Part shown: positions 58,676 through 64,000 of the stretch, in pieces
How positions within the stretch are numbered: position 1 is the first letter of the stretch
How the letters are laid out: each line of letters begins with the position of its first letter
Origin: Candidatus Woesearchaeota archaeon
Lineage (GTDB): Archaea; Nanobdellota; Nanobdellia; Woesearchaeales; ARS49
NCBI GenBank assembly: GCA_030750765.1
Contig: JASMHM010000002.1
Span: 21,772-85,771 of the forward strand
DNA length: 64,000 nucleotides
Reading direction: 5' to 3'
Notes under the pieces: model-generated
The model's database searches: none
The model's input: the letters and a program-made list of their open reading frames with translations, nothing else
What the model was told of the DNA's origin: nothing
Position numbers and translations under genes: made by a program

Positions 58676-61161
58676 AACGCTTGTGAAGCCTCCAATCTTT
58701 CTGCTTCCTCTTGGTAGGCTGCAGGTTGGGTGTAGCTGATGTTTGCCTTTTTGGTTACATCTGGACGTTCAAAGGTGTAGATCTCGCTCATGACGCTTTC
58801 GCCTCGGATAGTGCAGAGAAGTTCACCGCTGAACACTTTGAGGCCGGTAACCGTTTTGCGTAACTGTTTCAGGTAGGGTGTCAATTGTGCAGGCTCAACA
58901 TCCTTGAAATCTCCCTTGCGTAGGGTAGCATACACATCCTTGATGGCTGCGGATACGCCTGGTGAGACGTACGTGTGACCATTAAGATCTTTCATCTTGA
59001 ATCCTAGGTCTTCTACCTCAAATCGTACGTTTCGATCCCTGGCTAGTTGGTGCAGGTAGGTAAAGGCCGTGCTCAGTTCAGTGCCGGGATGTCTGAAATC
59101 CTCATAGCTAGAAACGGTGTTGAGCGCTTTCTCTAGTTTGGTAGGTGTCTTTCCACGCCTGTGTGCGACTCCCCGTTCCACAATGCCTAACGTGTTGTAG
59201 GTCTCGGCTATGCTGCCTAATTCTTCTTTATACTCGTTGAAGTCTTTGCCGTTCATGGTTTCCCGGATTTTCTTTGCCTCTAACACGTGGCACTGGCCTA
59301 CCCTTTCTATAGCCGCATCAATATTCTCTACGTCGTCGTTCTTGAACACCACGTCCTCCGCAAGCATGTAATCCTTGCGCATGATGGCGGATGCTTCTAG
59401 AGTTTCAGCAGTCACACCATCTTGCGCCTCGACCTTTTGGTGTAGTTGGACTTGCTTGAGTAACAACGCAGCGTTTTGATACCATGCCAATGACTCCTTG
59501 AGTGGTACGTTGCGTATGGCACTGATTCTTCTGGAGAATCCTTCTCGTTCGTTCACCGGAAGCAAGATGCCCTGTCTCTCAAATCCTTGATCAACAAGTT
59601 GTCGTAGCATCTCGTACTGTTCAAAGTCCGCGATGGGTGCTGCTTTGCACGCCACCTTACGGGTGCTTGCTTGTGCGTCTTCCATTTGTTGATGTATGAC
59701 GCCTCCGCATGTGTCTCGTAATAACGTCAACAACTTGTTTGCTTCTTTGAACTCATCATGTTTTCCTAGATATTCGTTGCTGTTGTGAGTGTTGAAGCTC
59801 ATTCGTCCTTTGCGGTATCCTTTGAACATGGCTTGTTTGTACAAGCTGAAGAGCTCTCCACTTGTGAGCCTTTTCTTGGCGAACTTTTCCGCCACAGTCA
59901 TGTGGCTACCATCCTGTTTGGTGTCCTGTTCTTCATGGAATTCTTCCAAGGGGTTGTTTTCGTTTTTTTGGTGGAAGATCTCAGGGTTGAGTAGACGGTA
60001 CCGTTCAAAGGGTGCAGATACGTCAACATCCTTGCCCCAGTATTCAAGAACAGGATGGTCTTCAAGGGTTGAAACCCATGCTGCGTCTTGCTTGAGCAGC
60101 TCAATCCGTCCGTCTTCTTCTGGCCGGGCTTCCATGATGATGGCTTGCAACATGCTCATATCTTCTGTTGTACATGTGGCCGGACTGTTTTGGTATCTTA
60201 ACCACGCGGTTAGCACGTGAGGGTTGGTGAAGAGTTTGTCAGCAGGTTTGTCTCCTGACCTTTTCTTGTGCATCTCTGCGTACAGCCAGTTCATGGGGCT
60301 GCTTCTCTCGCTGTCTTCTCCTTCCATGGCTGCGAGCAAGTACTCGATGCCTGACCTTTCGTGATCTTCTATGCCGTCGGCATGTCTTAGCATACTTAGT
60401 GCTTCTACAAAATTGTCTGCGTAGATGCCGTGCCGATTGAGCAGCTCTTTGGCTTCTTCAGTTAGCCCTCTTTTCTGCTCTTTCTCTACTTCTTCTGCTC
60501 TCTTCCTCTGGACTCGGATTCTCTGTGCAGTGTCTTCCTCAAAATCGCGATAGTTAGGATCGCCTAAGGAGGCGAGTAATGCAGGCAGGCCCATCTCACT
60601 TTTATGCCGTCTTGCATCTACGTGGATGATGTCGTTGCCCAATAACAGACTTCCTCCACACTGTTTGTATTGGTATGGTGCGCCAGCTACCGTTTTTTGG
60701 ACGTCTCCATCTTTTGTTTCATAGTAGACATCAACATAGTGGCCAAATCGTAGCGATCTTCCAGTGATGCTGGTTCCTAGTTTTTCTCCTGCCTTCTTGG
60801 ATACTGGAGGTTGGGAGAAGTCCATGTGCACGCTTCCCCCTATGAGTGTGCCATCTTCCAAAACTTGGTTTGCTAGCTCATCCTGTCTTTGCTTATTGTT
60901 GTATTCGTTATGGGTAAAATTGATCCCTTTCCATCCTGCGGCTATGAATGCAAAAATGTTCTTCATGGCGCTCGTCCATGCTGTGTTGCCTGTCTGGCGA
61001 CAATGGCTGTAGAGGTCGATAAGGTTTCTATTGGCTCGAGTTCGCATGTCTGTGGTCATCTTGGCCATGAGAATCTCGATTGGTCGTACTTCTTTTTCTG
61101 TGATGTCAAATCTGCCTGCTAATTGTTGTCTTATGTTCCTGATTTCTCGTAGTTCTGGCAT
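58672..61161 (-). CDS. Large hypothetical protein (829 aa)
   Basis: Start MPELREIRN behind an AGGAGGAG SD; no recognised motif. Confidence 0.7.
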   Translation of the reverse strand: MPELREIRNIRQQLAGRFDITEKEVRPIEILMAKMTTDMRTRANRNLIDLYSHCRQTGNTAWTSAMKNIFAFIAAGWKGINFTHNEYNNKQRQDELANQVLEDGTLIGGSVHMDFSQPPVSKKAGEKLGTSITGRSLRFGHYVDVYYETKDGDVQKTVAGAPYQYKQCGGSLLLGNDIIHVDARRHKSEMGLPALLASLGDPNYRDFEEDTAQRIRVQRKRAEEVEKEQKRGLTEEAKELLNRHGIYADNFVEALSMLRHADGIEDHERSGIEYLLAAMEGEDSERSSPMNWLYAEMHKKRSGDKPADKLFTNPHVLTAWLRYQNSPATCTTEDMSMLQAIIMEARPEEDGRIELLKQDAAWVSTLEDHPVLEYWGKDVDVSAPFERYRLLNPEIFHQKNENNPLEEFHEEQDTKQDGSHMTVAEKFAKKRLTSGELFSLYKQAMFKGYRKGRMSFNTHNSNEYLGKHDEFKEANKLLTLLRDTCGGVIHQQMEDAQASTRKVACKAAPIADFEQYEMLRQLVDQGFERQGILLPVNEREGFSRRISAIRNVPLKESLAWYQNAALLLKQVQLHQKVEAQDGVTAETLEASAIMRKDYMLAEDVVFKNDDVENIDAAIERVGQCHVLEAKKIRETMNGKDFNEYKEELGSIAETYNTLGIVERGVAHRRGKTPTKLEKALNTVSSYEDFRHPGTELSTAFTYLHQLARDRNVRFEVEDLGFKMKDLNGHTYVSPGVSAAIKDVYATLRKGDFKDVEPAQLTPYLKQLRKTVTGLKVFSGELLCTIRGESVMSEIYTFERPDVTKKANISYTQPAAYQEEAERLEASQAL

Positions 61162-61181
61162 TTTTTTGCTCCTCCTATTGT

Positions 61182-61266
61182 GCCTTGTCGACTTATAAAC
61201 ATTGACGAGGCTATGTAACATGTGTGAAAGGGCCCCTATAACCATTATCCCCCCACCGGAGGGGGA
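61182..61266. promoter_or_regulatory. Two inverted repeats in the divergent promoter region
   Basis: GCCTTGTCGA-(CTTATAAACA)-TTGACGAGGC straddles a TATA box; TCCCCC-N7-GGGGGA lies upstream of the TrmB TATA. Confidence 0.4.
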
Positions 61267-61298
61267 AGATATATAAAGAGAGGATCTCTTAGCCACCT

Positions 61299-62030
61299 AT
61301 GGATATTCCTCTACTTACCACTGGAGAAAGCAAGGTCTACCAAGCGTTGGTAGAGCTAGGAAGTAGCACAATAGGTAACATCATCTCCCACAGCAAAGTC
61401 AGCCACTCAAAAATCTATGACATCCTCAAAAGACTAGAAAGTAAGGGGTTAGTCAGCAGAATCACAAAACAAGGGAGAATGGTCTTTGAAGCAGCACCCC
61501 CATCAAGACTCACGAGCTTGGTGAAGGAGCAACAACAAACTCTAGAAGAGCACAAGCAAACCCTACAAACACTCATCCCCGAGTTGGAGGGCCGCAAAGA
61601 GAATCTTCCCAGCGCACACATCTTCCGCTCCTTTGAAGGGATTAAAGGCATGCAAGCAGTGCTGGATGAAGTTCTGGGCAGTCTCAAAAAGGGAGACGAA
61701 GTGTGCATCCTGGGGACGCCCAAACGCATTGTGATGGAGAGTGGAGGCTTTCTAAAGGAGTGGCAACAACAAAGAATAGAAAAAAAGATACCGTGCAAGA
61801 TACTCGCAGATCCTGATGCCCCCAGCTGGAAGGAAGATTGGTGGGCAAAAAGCAAGAAAGACAAGCTAACCCTCACAAAAAGAGGTCAAGCACCTGCACC
61901 AAGCTTCTTAGTCATCACCAAAGACCGCGTAGCAACAATCTACTATGCCGGAGCCATACTAAGCGTGTTAATCCACCATCCTGACATTGCCAAGCGTTAC
62001 CAAAGCATGTTCAAGCAATTGTGGGCGTAA
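61299..62030 (+). CDS. TrmB-family transcriptional regulator
   Basis: LTTGESKVYQALVELG..SHSKIYDILKRLESKGLV; paralogue of 8911-9660. Confidence 0.85.
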   Translation: MDIPLLTTGESKVYQALVELGSSTIGNIISHSKVSHSKIYDILKRLESKGLVSRITKQGRMVFEAAPPSRLTSLVKEQQQTLEEHKQTLQTLIPELEGRKENLPSAHIFRSFEGIKGMQAVLDEVLGSLKKGDEVCILGTPKRIVMESGGFLKEWQQQRIEKKIPCKILADPDAPSWKEDWWAKSKKDKLTLTKRGQAPAPSFLVITKDRVATIYYAGAILSVLIHHPDIAKRYQSMFKQLWA

Positions 62031-62051
62031 CTTCTTAAGGTAAGCGTAGGT

Positions 62052-62849
62052 ATGACTAACGTGAGATTATTCATCCTTTCAGACATCCATGCCAACCTGA
62101 GTGCCCTCCATGCTGTGGCAGATCACATGATAGGACAAGGGCTAAACACTAAAACTCCGATTATGTACCTAGGCGACCTCGTAGGGTATGGTCCCTTTGT
62201 GAATGAGTGTTGCGACTGGATCTTTGAGAACAGCAAACTAGTCCTACCCGGAAACCATGATGTGGGCACAGTAAAATCATGGCACGAAGCTCATGGAGGA
62301 CCAGAGAAGCCCATGTCGAGTAACGTGCCTGCAGAGTTTGCGATAGGTTACGCTGCAGATAACCTACGTCCAGACAACATGGATCGATTGAAAACCTTGG
62401 TTGCAGGACCTTTTGGCACTGTCGCGGACAACATTGTTTTTGCCCATGCCAATCCCAAGGATCCCGAAGGCATGCGTTACATCAATCACGTAGATGACGC
62501 CAAGGATACTTTTTTTAGAACAAAAATCAAACAAGCACACTGCTTTGTCGGCCACACGCACATACAACAATTGTACTTCCAAGAGCCTGGAGGGCCAGTT
62601 GCCAACTGGATATTTGCGGACGAGCAAACCGAAGAGGTAGCTGTCAAAGGTCTGCGTACAATCACCGTTGTGCCTAGCGTTGGCCAACCAAGAGATCGAA
62701 GACCCCAAACAGGCTACGTTGTCTACGACACTGAAAAAGAAACCATCACCATCCATCGTATTGGCTATCCCATCGAAGACCAACAAGCTAGCTTGCGCAA
62801 TGCAGGATTTCCAGCCTCGCTCGCATCACGACTTGAGGATGGAATCTAA
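62052..62849 (+). CDS. Calcineurin-like metallophosphoesterase
   Basis: SDIHAN, LGDLVGYGP, GNHD, HAN, GHTH, SVGQPRD. Confidence 0.9.
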   Translation: MTNVRLFILSDIHANLSALHAVADHMIGQGLNTKTPIMYLGDLVGYGPFVNECCDWIFENSKLVLPGNHDVGTVKSWHEAHGGPEKPMSSNVPAEFAIGYAADNLRPDNMDRLKTLVAGPFGTVADNIVFAHANPKDPEGMRYINHVDDAKDTFFRTKIKQAHCFVGHTHIQQLYFQEPGGPVANWIFADEQTEEVAVKGLRTITVVPSVGQPRDRRPQTGYVVYDTEKETITIHRIGYPIEDQQASLRNAGFPASLASRLEDGI

Positions 62850-62888
62850 GCATCAACCTTTTTAAACAACCCTACCTCTGCTTTCACC

Positions 62889-64000
62889 ATGTATGAGCCC
62901 ATCAAGGTGGAAACCTCCATCCTGGAATGGTGGAAGAAAAACAGCATCTACCAAAAAAGCAAGGACCAAGGTAAAGGCAAGACCAAGTTCTACTTTCTAG
63001 AGGGGCCTCCCTACACTTCCGGCAACATCCATCTAGGAACGGCGTGGAACAAGAGCATGAAGGACATGGTGCTACGCTTCAAACGCATGGCCGGCTTTGA
63101 GGTGTGGGACCGCGCAGGATATGACATGCATGGCCTACCCACCGAACACAAGGTACAAGACAAGTTCCAAGTAAAACTCAAAGAAGAAATCATACAGTTT
63201 GGTGTGGCCAAGTTCGTCCAAGAATGTGAGAAGTTCTGCCTAGAGAACATGCACACCATGAACAAAGACTTCACACGTTTAGGCGTGTGGATGGACTTTG
63301 AAAACGCGTACATGAGCATAACACCAGAATTCATAGACGGAGTATGGTGGATGATCAAGAAAGCACACGAAAACAAGCGATTATACGAAGGATTACGCAC
63401 GATGACCTGGTGCAGCCACTGCGAGACAAGCGTTGCAAAACACGAGCTCGAATACGAGGAAGTAACCGACCAAAGCATCTACGTGAAGTTTCCATCAGAC
63501 GAAGAAAAAACGTACTACGTCATATGGACCACCACACCTTGGACCATACCCTTCAATCTTTGCATCATGGCAAACCCTACCATAACCTACGCCAAAGTAC
63601 AAGTAGGAGATGAGGTATGGATCATGGCCAAGGAGCTAGCCACCAAGGTTGCTCCAGAAGGAAAAATCCTAGAAGAATTTGTGGGCGCAACATTAGAAGG
63701 GAAGTCCTACACCCACCCACTCAAAGACAAGGTAGAATACGCGCCTCTGAAGAAGAAGTCACCCAAAGTACACACGATCGTCATGTCAGACCAGCATGTC
63801 AACCTGGAGCAAGGCAGCGGTCTTGTACACTGCGCACCCGGAGGCGGACCTGAAGATTACGAAGTAGGGCATCAAAACGGCATACCTCCCTTCAACACGC
63901 TCAACGAACAGGGAAAGTTCACCACATTCTTCAAAGGATGGAAAGCAAGAAAGGACGACAAGCTCTTCACTCAGGAGCTAGACCATAAAAGTGCTCTAGC
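62889..64000 (+). CDS. ileS: Isoleucyl-tRNA synthetase (5' part; runs off the window)
   Basis: FLEGPPYTSG.IHLGTAWNK..KD, GYDMHGLP, WTTTPWT, GSGLVHCAPG.GPED. Confidence 0.95.
   Translation, partial: MYEPIKVETSILEWWKKNSIYQKSKDQGKGKTKFYFLEGPPYTSGNIHLGTAWNKSMKDMVLRFKRMAGFEVWDRAGYDMHGLPTEHKVQDKFQVKLKEEIIQFGVAKFVQECEKFCLENMHTMNKDFTRLGVWMDFENAYMSITPEFIDGVWWMIKKAHENKRLYEGLRTMTWCSHCETSVAKHELEYEEVTDQSIYVKFPSDEEKTYYVIWTTTPWTIPFNLCIMANPTITYAKVQVGDEVWIMAKELATKVAPEGKILEEFVGATLEGKSYTHPLKDKVEYAPLKKKSPKVHTIVMSDQHVNLEQGSGLVHCAPGGGPEDYEVGHQNGIPPFNTLNEQGKFTTFFKGWKARKDDKLFTQELDHKSAL

Overview
Gene-dense chromosomal segment of an archaeon, most plausibly DPANN/Woesearchaeota-like (inference). Evidence: rpl15e, archaeal SRP54, GluRS, IleRS, Lhr-core helicase, TrmB and AbrB-PhoU regulators, and TATA-like boxes about 20-30 nt upstream of many start codons. 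These are mixed with bacterial-type genes (class II LysRS, grpE-dnaK-dnaJ, mscL, lemA-htpX, BlaI/BlaR-like pair, Hanks kinase, lipobox proteins). No tRNA, rRNA or CRISPR array was seen. The most interesting signals fall below the ORF-track cutoff or are non-coding. (1) A tandemly duplicated two-microprotein module (acidic Trp peptide plus an AFLxN...DRKxR peptide) at 19006-19674, each copy preceded by ATTATATAA repeats and lying divergent from an AbrB-PhoU regulator. (2) A 414-bp protein-less IS200/IS605 mini-element with a TnpB-type right-end (omega/re) RNA scaffold, inserted exactly at the gltX TATA box. (3) A perfect GTTGACC-TTA-GGTCAAC palindrome just upstream of grpE-dnaK-dnaJ, opposite a wHTH regulator. 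(4) Several unannotated microproteins and single-lesion pseudogenes. All family assignments come from reading motifs by eye; no database searches were run.
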